A DNA stretch of 64,000 nucleotides from Octopus sinensis (taxonomy: Eukaryota): positions 62,496,001 to 62,560,000 of the forward strand of contig NC_043009.1 of assembly GCF_006345805.1 (NCBI RefSeq), given 5' to 3'. Every line of letters starts with the position of its first letter. The stretch's first letter is position 1. A model generated the notes under the pieces. The model had not been told where the DNA came from. It did not search any database and saw only the letters and a program-made list of their open reading frames with translations. Below, piece after piece: positions 12,425 to 24,038 of the stretch. Both the position numbers and the translations under genes were made by a program.

Positions 12425-12595
12425 GTGACCTCAGCGTAATTATTTCATCTACAGGCGGTATTAACACAAGCTTTCACGCCGGAGTAGACTCTGGCAGTGG
12501 TAAATGCATCGAGACAAGCCTTATGAGTAAAGTTGTTGAAGATGCAGCTCCATATTTGTACCCATGCAGCATCCAGTACAGTCTCATCTGTGCAG
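12425..12595 (+). CDS. Otop: Otopetrin exon (end of 5-6 loop and TM6: ...AAPYLYPCSIQYSLICA)
   Basis: Acceptor TTTCTTTCTAG| (AG 12423-12424), with an alternative in-frame acceptor at 12453-12454; donor CAG|GTAAT (12596). PYLxPCxI(E/Q)YSLICA motif. Phase 1 in and out. Confidence 0.88.
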
Positions 12596-12668
12596 GTAAT
12601 ATTTCACCTTTTCATTTCTTCACTTAAATCAACCATCATGGCTAGATTATTTTCTTTATATATTTGCA

Positions 12669-12897
12669 TACAGGGTGTTCATAAATTATCTTTACAACCT
12701 CCGTAATTTATTCCATTATATTATCGGGATGTGTTGCATGCAAACCATGGAACCAATGTGGAATTGCTCTGATGTTTCTCATAAAACTTTATTTGTTTCT
12801 CTGTTTTCCAATAAACTCCGCTCAGTTAACTTTATTTTCCATTTTGTAATTTTTTTTAAATTTTCAAATTGTAAAGGTAATTTATGGACACCCTGTA
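12669..12897. mobile_element. Tc1/mariner-type MITE with TA TSD
   Basis: TA|CAGGGTGTTCATAAATTA ... TAATTTATGGACACCCTG|TA; 18-bp TIR with one mismatch. Confidence 0.85.
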
Positions 12898-13653
12898 TAT
12901 TTGCATGTAAGAATGTATATTCCAGGTTGTGAAGGTATGGGAAAACACATAAAATGAAGATGATCACCATGATGGGGGTGACATACAATACACACATACA
13001 TATCATCATCATCATCTTCACCATTATTGTCAGCATCTAATGTCCAATTCTCAATGGTTGCATGAAGCAGTCGTGATTTTGCACAATATAGCTAAGAAAT
13101 TAACAACACTGCATGTATAACAGTGACATTCATTTACAGCTACCACACTTTTTTCAAGATTAGGAGACACACAAAAAAATATACTCATGCTCACACACAT
13201 GTGTGTGTGTGTGTGTGTACAGATATATGTATTACATACAACAGGCTTCTTTCAGTTTCCATCTACCAAATCCACTCACAAGGCTTTGGTCAGTTTGGAA
13301 CTATAGGAGAAGACACTTGGCCAAGGTTCTACTGTGTAGGACTCAACCTAAAATGGTGTGATGGAGGGAGGAAGCAAACTTCTGAACTATATATATATAT
13401 TATTCTATCGGTCTCTTTTGCCAAACTGCTAAGTCATAGGGACATTAACACACCAACATCGGTTGTCAGGCAATGGTGTGGTGGACAAACACAGACACAC
13501 AATATATACATATATATATATATATATAATATATATATATATATATACAATAATGAGGGTGAATAAAATTATAGATATTAATTTAATAATACCCTTATTT
13601 TAACACCAAGCGACCTAGCACAAAAGAACCGGGGATACAAATTCATATTTATC

Positions 13654-13777
13654 CGTAAATATTAGAGAGCCAACTTTGAGTATGTTAACTCTATGTGCTA
13701 GACATAGACCTTGACTGGTGGGTCTATGTCTAGCACATAGAGTTAACATACTCAAAGTTGGCTCTCTAATATTTACG
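13654..13777. repeat. Perfect 57-bp inverted repeat with 10-nt loop
   Basis: 13654-13710 is the exact reverse complement of 13721-13777. Confidence 0.95.
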
Positions 13778-13802
13778 TATATATATATATATATATACAC
13801 TG

Positions 13803-14549
13803 AGTGAAGACGGTACTACTGCCAAAGAAACCTCTGTGGAAAATTCTCCGTGTCTTCAGAAATCTGGGAGCAATTCTTTTATTGAATCCATGTTGGAAAG
13901 AGAAAAGAAAAACTTTGCGTCCTTCAGTTCATCTTTAAATGATCAATTTATGTCAACTGCTCAGCGTTCGCAAACTGACTGTAACTTTTTGGCGAAACCT
14001 CAGAATCTGCGAAAGATTTCTTCTGAAAGCCAGGAATTATCGCAACCTAATTTACAAGGTACTTCAACCCCAGACCCGGATGACTCGGTGTTTTATTCGA
14101 CCATAGATGGAAAAGAAAAAGAAATCAAGTGGAAGTTTGCCGATTCCTCGTGGGAGGATAACCCAGACCAAGAAAATTTTCCTTCTAATTTGAAAAAGGC
14201 TTTAAATGTAAATTACAGGTCCAAAAATACCAACACACCATTTTCTTTATCTCCATTGGAACACGATTCAAACGAAAGCGGGATGTTTGCAAATTTGTTC
14301 GGCAGTGAAGGTAAAGTGGAGAACAACTCGAAAGGTAAAACCGTCAAACTCCAGCCGACAACGAGTAGTAAGCGAAGAGTCAGGAGTGATTTAAAAAGCA
14401 AACGGAATTTGGTAAGCAAGCGAAAAGGCAAACCGACTGGTTTGGAAGACATTTCCAAACCCAAATCCTTGCTAAGCAGTGCCAACGAGTCAAAAGCTCT
14501 TGCGGAGATAACAAACACTATTGGCGAAGAAACAGATAAATGTCAGTAA
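13803..14549 (+). other. Orphan ~250-codon S/K/N-rich open frame nested in an otopetrin intron; gene fragment or retrocopy of unknown origin
   Basis: Non-repetitive frame open from the (TA)n run at ~13800 to TAA 14547-49. No strong acceptor seen and no early in-frame ATG. Confidence 0.4.
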
Positions 14550-14622
14550 TAGAAAACGGTAATATTGCAGCTTACACACATATAAAGTAAAGTGTGTGGT
14601 GGGTGTATGTATGTATGCGTGC

Positions 14623-14667
<45 letters not shown>

Positions 14668-15711
14668 CGCATGCACACACCTTGTTTTTTTTTCTGCAAC
14701 AGAGAAAAAAGAAACAACTGAGTTTTGTATGAAAAAAAAAAAAAATAGGTGTTAAAAAGATGAAAAAAAAAAAAGTCTTAATAGTAAAACCTCTTCTGTG
14801 GATACATCCATATGTATATACATTCTGACATACACGTGTGTGTGTCTGTGTATACATATCTATTATCTATCTATCGATATATATATATATATATATACAT
14901 GTATTTATAAAATCAAAATAAGCAACAATATATATTTGTATATGAAATTACGTTGACTTTAAAAAGACTGAGTTTCGGATTTGAAGAAAAAAAGTCTATT
15001 TTTGTCTAATTTAGTTTTTATTAATTTTTATTTCCCATATTTGTCATATATTTTGTTGTTAATGATGATGCTTACAACTACATAAAGTTGAAAACACCGG
15101 TTCCCTTCCGATCACCGAATTTAAACAACATCGAGGGCCTGGATAGTACTTAGGTGAATGAGCAAGGTGTCGTATGCAAAGCCTTATTTCTCGCCAATTA
15201 GCGGTTCGATAAAAAGAGACCGATAAAATAAGACTTAACAAAACAAAAAAAGTACTGGGGTCGACCTGTTTGACTAAAACCCCTCAAGGCGATGCTCCAG
15301 CATGGCCGCAATCCAATGACTAAAACTAGCAAAGGATAAAAAAAAATGAAAATTTCGGAATGTATCCCACCGACCATTTTTTCCATCTCCACATTCATCA
15401 TTTGCTAAGTCGTCTTTACGTTCTGAGTTCAAATTCCGCCAAGGCCGACTCCGCCCTTCATCCCTTCTGGGTGGGTAAAACAAGTACCAGTTGAGCACTA
15501 GGGGTCGATGCATTCGACCCATCTCCTCCCCCGAAATTGCTGGCCTTGTGCCAAAATTTGAAATCAGTATTATTATCCTAAGTTGCGTCGTCGCCAGCGA
15601 CATCCCAATTATAATATATCTAATAATCATTGGGTGTCGCTAGATTCTCTCCGTGTACTGTGGTCGCAACACAATATACAATAACATCCCATGGCTAACG
15701 TTTCACCACAC

Positions 15712-16205
15712 AGCTAATAAGCGGACAGCTTTTTTCTTATTTTTATAAGAATGCCATATTAGTATGGCGATAACTATTATTTTCCGGGAACGCTGCCGCT
15801 GTTCTCTTTTAGAGAGACTTAGTTATTTTAATATTTCTATTATTGAAAACAAGTGGATGTATTCCACCGAAACTAGGTAAATAAAACCATCGAACAGAGA
15901 TTGTCGGAAGCGACACCTACTGGCTGGCTACGCTGCATTGAAAAGGGGCAATACTCCGAAACGCGTCTGTAGCTGCCGGTCAAGTAGTGTGGAGCGACTG
16001 ACCTCCCTTGTTCGAAGGTTATATGGATACAGTTTGTGTATCAAATAGCTAACTTAAGGCGATGGCCTCATGGAGCTAATAAGCGGACAGCTTTTTTCTT
16101 ATTTTTATAAGAATGCCATATTAGTATGGCGATAACTATTATTTTCCGGGAATGCTGCCGCTGTTCTCTTTTAGAGAGACTTAGTTATTTTAATATTTCT
16201 ATTAT
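15712..16205 (+). mobile_element. Penelope-like pLTR / non-LTR retrozyme-like partial tandem repeat (362-bp period) carrying the hammerhead
   Basis: 132-bp direct repeat (15712-15843 and 16074-16205, one mismatch seen) flanks the hammerhead-bearing spacer. The element ends in a (TA)n run. Confidence 0.7.
15919..15980 (+). ncRNA. Minimal type I hammerhead ribozyme with U3-A8 variant core
   Basis: Stem I GCTGCA(15932-37)/TGTAGC(15968-73), extended by ACTGGC/GCCGGT. Core TTGAAAA 15938-44. Stem II GGGG/CTCC with loop CAATA. GAAA 15958-61. Palindrome ACGCGT. GUC triplet ending 15967. Confidence 0.75.
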
Positions 16206-16698
16206 ATATATATATATATATATATACAACAGGCTTCTTCCAGTTTCCATCTACCAAATCCACTCACAAGGCTTTGGTCAGCCTGAGGCTATAGCAGAAG
16301 ACACTTACCCAAGGTGCCATGCATTGGGACTGAACCAGGAACCATGTGGTTACCACACAGCCACTCCTGTGCCTATAACATCATCATCATCATTTAACGT
16401 CCGTTTTTCATGCTGGCATGGGTTGGACAGTTTGACTGAGGCCTGGAAAGCCAGCAGTTGCACCAGGCTCCAATCTGATCTGGCAATATTTCTACAGCTG
16501 GATGCCCTTCCTAAAGAGAATTTAGTGGGTGCTTTTTACGTACCACTGGCACAGGAGCCAGTCAGGCGGCCCTGACATCAATCATGTTCAGATAGTACTT
16601 TTTACATGTCATTGGCACAGGAGCCAGTCAGCAGGTACAGGCATCGACCATGTTCGGATAATGACTTTTACATAACATATATGTTTGCTTTTATGTTT

Positions 16699-18430
16699 AA
16701 TAATAGTAATAATGAAATTATTGTGTACAGTGTTCAGGTGCACTACAGCTTATCAAACAGGGGTGGACTGAGAGTATTAAGGGCCCTTGTACATAAGGGG
16801 ATGTTCACCAAGCCCCTTAGCATTGCTATCAAAGAGTTAAAATGTAGAGTGCGGGCCCTTCAGAGCTCTGATGGCTCAGTCCACCCCTATTATCAAAGGT
16901 GCATGTATAGTACATAGAATTATGTACAAATGTCAGGAAAATGAACAGTGTATGAGGCATGATATACATGTATGCATGTGTATGGAGCGGAGGTATATCA
17001 GGTGTAGTGTTGGCGAATTTCAGGAAGCATGGAGGTTTTAAAGGATGCAATGTCTCAGCAGCTGACAACTGATGCAGGTAATTTGTTCCATGATTCAGCA
17101 ACTGTGGGAAAAAATGTTTTTGAAAGTCATGGGAACTGTGCTGTTTTTTGAATTTGTAGGCATGCCCATGTGTGTTAGACACATGGAATTCAAAAAGGTA
17201 CTTGAGGTTGTTGTTGGCACAATGTTTAATAATTTTGTGGGTGTTTACCAAGCCAGTTGCCAGATGTCAGAGCTCCAATGTATCTATACCCAGGGAAGGA
17301 AGGTGAGTATGGTAGATGCCTGATGGGGGGTATTCACTTGGTTGCATGTCTCTGAACAGTTTCCTGGAGGTCAATGTTCTGAGCAAGACAGGGGTTCCAG
17401 ACTGGTGGTGCAAATTCCAAGTGTGGCCACACCATAGCCATATAAAACCTTAAATGGATAGCTGGAGAGCAGCTGATAAAGGTCTTGCTGAGTGATGCCA
17501 AAACACCATCAGCCTTCTTGATAATTTTAGAGATGTGCTTTGTCCAGCGCAAATCGCTGCTGACAGTAATGCCCAAGTCACATGCACAAGAAAACTTCTG
17601 GATTTTAGCATTGTGGAGGGAGTATGTGGACATTGGGCTTTTCCTCCCAAAATGCATGGTGGTACACTAGTCCACAGCCAGCTTGAGTTGCCAGTCTGTG
17701 ATCCACTGCAGCATTGTGTCCAGGTCCGATTACAGGAAAGATCTCTAGTGTTCAGGATGCCATTTTTATCCCCCAAGGTACATCTTGATGTCATCTGCAT
17801 ATTTCAGCACTGTGGCATTCTTTAAGTTGGCATCTATGTCATTATTGTATGCAACAAACAAAAGGGGACCAAGAACAGATCCCTGCAGTACACCAGATGA
17901 CATCTCATAATCTCATAGGGTGAAGAATGCTGTCCTAGAACTGTGACTACCTCTTTTTGGCTGAGAATGAAGGACTCCAACCAGTTAAAAAGATCATCTT
18001 TCACACCCATTGCAGAGAGTTTTACCATAAGTCTTTTGTGTGGCACAGAATTAAAAGCTTTAGCAAAGTCAAGGTAAGCAACATCCACCCATGGGCCACC
18101 ATATATACATTAATGAGATAGATGCCAATTTAAAGAATGCCACAATGCTGATGGGGAGTATTAAAGTTCTCAAGGAATATTAAATGTACTTAGAGGTTAT
18201 TAGGTTTCCTGGAAACTATTGTTCGTTTATTTTTTTCTAGGTAGGAATGTTGGCCCTATTCAAATCCATTTCAGCTTACATAGGGCCAACACTCCTCCCT
18301 TGGGCCAAACTAATATGGATCACCTCAACTAGGAAGAAGTGGCCCATATTCATCTGGCTTCTATCTTTTGACCTGTCCAGTATGGGAGCGTCCAGCCAAG
18401 AGCTGGCACTCCTCAGTCATAGCTCTTAGG
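16699..18430 (-). mobile_element. 5'-truncated, frameshifted CR1/L2-clade LINE (RT remnant plus 3' end)
   Basis: Minus-strand RT motifs DVAYLDFAKAFNSVPHKRL, DLGITVSSDLRWTKHI, HLEFAPPVWNP and ETVQRHATK. (ATT)n-type tail. The same 3' end recurs at 59928-60295. Confidence 0.88.
16750..16897. mobile_element. hAT-type MITE (16758-16889) with 8-bp TSD TTATCAAA, inserted in the LINE tail
   Basis: TIRs CAGGGGTGGACTGAG / CTCAGTCCACCCCTA; TSD at 16750-57 and 16890-97. The related LINE tail near 59960 lacks the insert. Confidence 0.85.
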
Positions 18431-19383
18431 GTCACTGAGACACACAAGCCACAACAAGGACTGGACCTTGTGGTAGACTGTGTAGAGATACAGCTCTATG
18501 ACATTGTGGAGTGAATTTCTATGTAGTGGTGGTGTATGGCTTAGTGGTTAAGGTGTTGGGTTCATGATCATAAGATTGTGGTTTCAATTCCAGGATCGGG
18601 CATTATGTTGTGTTATTGAACAAAACACTTCATTTCATGTTAGTCCAGTCCACTCAGCTGGCAAAAGTGAGTGTTCCTGCAGTTGACTGGCATCCTGTCC
18701 AGGAGTAAATATACATCACAGAAACCAGGAAATCAGCCTTATGAGTCCATATGACACATGAAGGAGCTAATGTAGATTTGAATGGCATCGTAAATGTTGT
18801 ATTACATCCTTAGACAAGTTTCTTGCCACTACTTACATCAGCTTCTGGAAAATAATAACTAATTCATCATCATCATCATCATCGATTAATGTCCGTTTTC
18901 CATGCTAGCATGGGTTGGACAGTTCAACTGGGGCCTAGGAAGCCAGGAGGCTGCACCAGGCTCCAGTTTGATCTGGCAGTGTTTCTACAGCTGGATGCCC
19001 TTCCTAACGCCAACCACTCTGAGTGTATTTGGTGCTTTTTATGTATCACCAACACGGATGCCAGTCAGGCGGCACTGGCATCAGCCACGTTCGGATGGTG
19101 CTTTTTACATGCCACCAGCACAGGTATCATAACTACAATTTCCATTTGATTTTTTTTTTATGTTGATGTTGACGTACTTGACTCAATAGGTCTCTTCAAG
19201 CACAGCGGGTCACTCCAATTATTACTCTATAATTTCCGGTGAGTTCTTTCCAATAAACTTAAATAATCAAAATTCATTTCATTTTTGTTGCTTTAATATA
19301 AACCTAATTTTGAAATATTTCCATAATTCCAAGTGCTTTTTCTGCCACTAATGCTATGTTTTCCATTTTATTTCCAAAACCAG

Positions 19384-20198
19384 GAATCCTGTATGTAATG
19401 TGGTCCAACATCGGAAAGCAACTTCTTTACCAATCCAGCGACGAAGAGAGTCAGCGCGAGGCTAAGGTTCGATCTCAGAAGCTAAGTGTCGACTGCTCGT
19501 CATCAAGTCGTGGTTTATTTATGGGTATTTTCATACTGGTGTCCGCTGTTATCTCAATGATAGTCTTCTTCATGCTAATCAATAATCCGTCTTACACAGA
19601 CGCAGCCATCCAGCTAGAACATCTTTCTCAAGTTGTCCTCAATGTAATCGCATCTATAGCACTCATCCTGGCCTTCGTCAGGATGAAAGATTTACGATTT
19701 AGTTTGAAAAGCGAGCTCTCCCTCGAAGAAATGCTACTAATTGTCTCGTTACCAGGCGAATATATATTTGGTTTCCTCAGTATCATAGCCATTGGTGTGG
19801 AAGGGATCGATCGAAGCGGTTTAATAATTCTCCTGTCCAGTATTCTCGCCATATTTGAATCATCTCTGCAAACTATGTTTATATTGAATGGTATTCGGCG
19901 TACAGCTCACACACCACAATTACAGAGGCAGAAGACTGGACGAGAATTCATTACTTTCCTAATGGTTTGTAACATAGCCATGTGGGGTATCTACACGTTT
20001 GAGATTCACCGCTCCGAGTTCAATCCCGCACAAATGCGTTTCTATGGAGTCATGGCCTGGAATATATTCACACATATTTCTATACCACTTATTATCTTCT
20101 TCCGATTCCATTCTACAGTATGTCTCTCGAATATCTGGAAACATGCATGGAAACGAAAGTCAAATAGTCAAGAAAGTTTGACAAACCTCAACCAATAA
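19384..20198 (+). CDS. Otop: Otopetrin terminal coding exon (C domain, TM7-TM12, ending ...IFFRFHSTVCLSNIWK...NLNQ*)
   Basis: Acceptor CCAG|GA (AG 19382-19383) gives the spliced junction YSLICA-G-ILYVMWSNIG. Six hydrophobic segments; FLxxCNIAMW and RFHSTVCL motifs. Five exons sum to 1557 nt (518 aa + stop) with consistent phases. Confidence 0.95.
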
Positions 20199-20357
20199 GG
20201 ACTACTTTGTGCAATTATTTCACTCCTTATTTCACTTTAGTTTAATTCCTCTTACCCCACCCCTTGAGTTTATCCTTTTTTTTTTTTTTTAGTTTACCCT
20301 TCATTAACTTTTTTTATGGTTAATATTTTCCCCCCAACCTCATAAAATCATTTGTTA

Positions 20358-20363
20358 AATAAA
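20358..20363 (+). promoter_or_regulatory. Candidate polyadenylation signal of the otopetrin gene
   Basis: AATAAA 160 nt after the stop codon. The region is AT-rich, so chance occurrence is possible. Confidence 0.35.
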
Positions 20364-21164
20364 AAAAGAAAATAACTAGTTGAAGTAAAAAGGCGACTAA
20401 AATATGAAAGTGACGTATAAAGAGTTCAAGAAACAAGAAAATACAAAAGGGTTGTACTGAAAAATAATTGATTAATGTTTATGAGAAGAATAAGGAACAT
20501 TACTACATCCTATTCGACAACAAACGTAACATTCTTCATCCGAACACTGAATGAGGTATATTTTTTTGTTGGACGTTAGACATAAATTCAGAAGTTACGT
20601 TCAAACAAGACATATATTTTCTACCACGAGGAAAAAAAACACAGCATCGAAGTGGATCATTAATATAAATGAATGAGAAAAGAAAAAAAAAAGAATCTTT
20701 ATTTTAAGAACACGACAAAACCACTTTGATATAATATTTAAAAAAATCACAGGATCCTTTATCGATTAATTCACAGTAGTTTGTGTGACATAAGATGGTA
20801 TTTTTGACAGGAAAAAAAAAAACAAAAATGAAAACTATTTTTATGTTAAAGTTGTCCATCGTCGCCACGTTGCCTTGGCTTGTAAGGGGAGATAACCATG
20901 ACTGGGGCGGTTTAAAGAAGGAAAAAAACTACGCTGGCTTTAAACCATGTATCCTATTTGTACATAGAAAATATTTAGTCAGCATGCAACATGCATTACA
21001 TACATACATACATATATATAACACGTCTGTATACATGTATGTCTGTGTATACATATAAATATATAAAAGTACATACATACATATATATATATATATATGT
21101 ATAACACGTCTCTATACATGTATGTGTGTGTGAATATATAAATATGTAAAAGTATATAAAAGTA

Positions 21165-21188
21165 CATATATATATATATGTGTATATA

Positions 21189-21251
<63 letters not shown>

Positions 21252-21253
21252 TG

Positions 21254-21344
<91 letters not shown>

Positions 21345-21400
21345 ATATGTATGTATGTATGTATATTTGTGTGTGTGTGTGTATATATGCATATATCTGC
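21165..21400. repeat. (TA)n-rich microsatellite
   Basis: Direct inspection. Similar tracts at about 4020-4080, 4254-4350, 11150-11480, 23780-24130, 25380-25620, 25880-26080, 26600-26990, 29770-29990 and 36330-36620. Confidence 0.95.
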
Positions 21401-22189
21401 TTACCAGTTTGAACACATGATGACAGGATCATTTTTTAATCAACTTTATACTCAGTTCCCTTGTACTTTCTACAGACGCAGCTAATAACGGAAAGGAATT
21501 GTCTGTGTTCTTGATGTCCTTAAAGCTAAGTGTTATGGAAGGACTGACCAAGTTTGGGGCATCATCGGAGTGCATTTCACCTTCTTACAAACACTCCCTT
21601 CTTCACTCAACAGACTTGTTCCGACATGGTTGTTTCAACTAAATCTTCGAGTATCTATCTTCCATCGATTTCCGTTCACCTGTAAGTTATTTCTCCAAGA
21701 CAAACACAACCACCCTTGCTCTGATGATGGCTCATCAAAGACACAGAAACCTGTGACTCGCTTTCCCTCCATTACATTTATCATAGGAAACATTATATGT
21801 ATATAAATTCTTCCTTCTCGTTGACATAGCAGTTTTTGGTAGAAAGTGAAAGAATTATCTTTCCATCATGTGTTTAAACTGAAGAGATATACACACTAGC
21901 TACACTGATACATACACACACACACATATATATATTCACTCACATACACACACACACATACTTACACACACAAATATGCATATATATATAATGGTTTCTT
22001 CAGTTTTTCTTGTTTTTTTGTTTACTTTTCTTTTATTTCTTTATTTCTTTTTGTTGTTAATGTTGTTTTGTGTTTTGTTAAATATTTTGTAATTAATTTC
22101 TAGTACAGTACAAAAGAGGCATTAACAGTACACTGCAGTATACATAGAGGTATTGACAGTTTAGTATCATAGAGGTGTGACACCAAATG

Positions 22190-22630
22190 TCTTTGAAAGT
22201 ACAGTAGATAGTTTTGACAGTACAGGAGACTACACTGACAGAACTATACAATAAAGTTATTGACAGTGCAATGCAGCAGTTATTCATGGCCTGTTGAGCT
22301 ATTGGCAGACTTTTACAGCAGAAGTAGTGAAAATATATAGTAGAGGGAGTTGTTGACAACAGAGTTATACAGTTAGAGTCATTGACATTACAATGGATTT
22401 GTTGACAAGTCAGTACAGCAGTCATTAATAGTACAATTGAGTTATTGACAGTAGTGTTATTAAAAATATAGTACAGCAGGATTATTGACAACAGAGTAAA
22501 GTTGACTGTACAGCAGAGTTATTGACGGTATAGTAGGGTTATTGACAGTATAGTAAAGCTATTGACAATAGTGCAGAGTTGGTTTGACAGTGCAGTATAA
22601 TCATGGTCAGTACAGTACAGTACAGTATGG
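22190..22630. repeat. Decayed ~20-bp minisatellite (GAGTTATTGACAGTACAG-like)
   Basis: Recurrent TTGACAG/TACAG motifs at ~20-bp spacing. Confidence 0.6.
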
Positions 22631-23892
22631 AATGTTCTAAAACTTATATTTGTAGATATTCTCAGAATCAAAAAAAAAAAAAAATTGCTTGTTTGTTTTT
22701 TAATTCCAAATAAAATGGAAACATTTACAATAAAAACTATTATCATTATTATCATTATTATTATTATTAATAGTCATCATCATCATTCCATGTAGTGATG
22801 CCTGTAGACAAGTTCTGAAGCGGTAGAACCTACAGAAGTGTGTTTCAAACCCAGTGGAAACCATTTGTAGCATCTAACAGTGACTTACATCATTAATACC
22901 ATTGACAAAGATGGTCATTAATCCTTCAGCTCCAGCTTTCTATCCCTTATAAATCCACAACCTTGCTTTAATATAGGAAATCAATGTTTCATTTGTTGGC
23001 TGTGACCAGCTCCCTCTTAGTGATAATATGTGGTGAAACAGTTGAGGATTCCACAATTTCTTGGTGAGCAATCAACACAGATGATTTGTTTAAAGTGATC
23101 AAACGTTCGTGGTGTACATTAGCTCATTCCCTCCATCAAATCAACGTTACCTGTACAGGTGAGTGGTGTACCACACATTCTATACTGAATGATTGTAAAG
23201 CAACATGAAACAAAGTGTTTTGCTCAAAAACACAATGCACCACCCAGCCTGAGAATTGAAACCACAATCTTCTGCTCATGAGTGCAACAGTGATTATATA
23301 AATAATGTGGAGACAGGCATGAAGACCGCTCAGTATCATCCCAGTTCGGCCAGCATGAACAGTTTATTTCCATCAGAATTAAAATTTCATAAACACAAAT
23401 TTTCACCGCCAAAAACCAATATTAATCAGAATATTTTCCCATTATTAAGGGTTGCAGATGGTAGAATTGGATAAAATATTAGAATTTATAGGTTTTGAGT
23501 TCATGTTCTGCAGGCAGAGTATAATAAATTGCTTATTCTATGTCACCTAAGATCGACGACAAACTCTCTGGGATACATACAAGGTTTGGGTGGGAGATGA
23601 GACACATTACATAAATATCTCTGCCCACAAAAACGGGAAGGATTAAACAAAACTGGGCATTTTTAAAGCAACTGTTACCTGATGAGAATGAGGATTCCAT
23701 ATTTTATTTTTCACTTTTATTTTTTCCTTATTTTGCTAATTCTTTTTTTTCTAAATTTTTGTAACTTTTATTTAATTACATTTATATATGTGTATGCACA
23801 TGTGTGATGTGTATGTATGTATGCATACATATGGGCATGTGTATATATATATATATGCATGTGTGAATACATATATATATAATATATATATA

Positions 23893-23992
<100 letters not shown>

Positions 23993-23998
23993 ATATAT

Positions 23999-24038
<40 letters not shown>

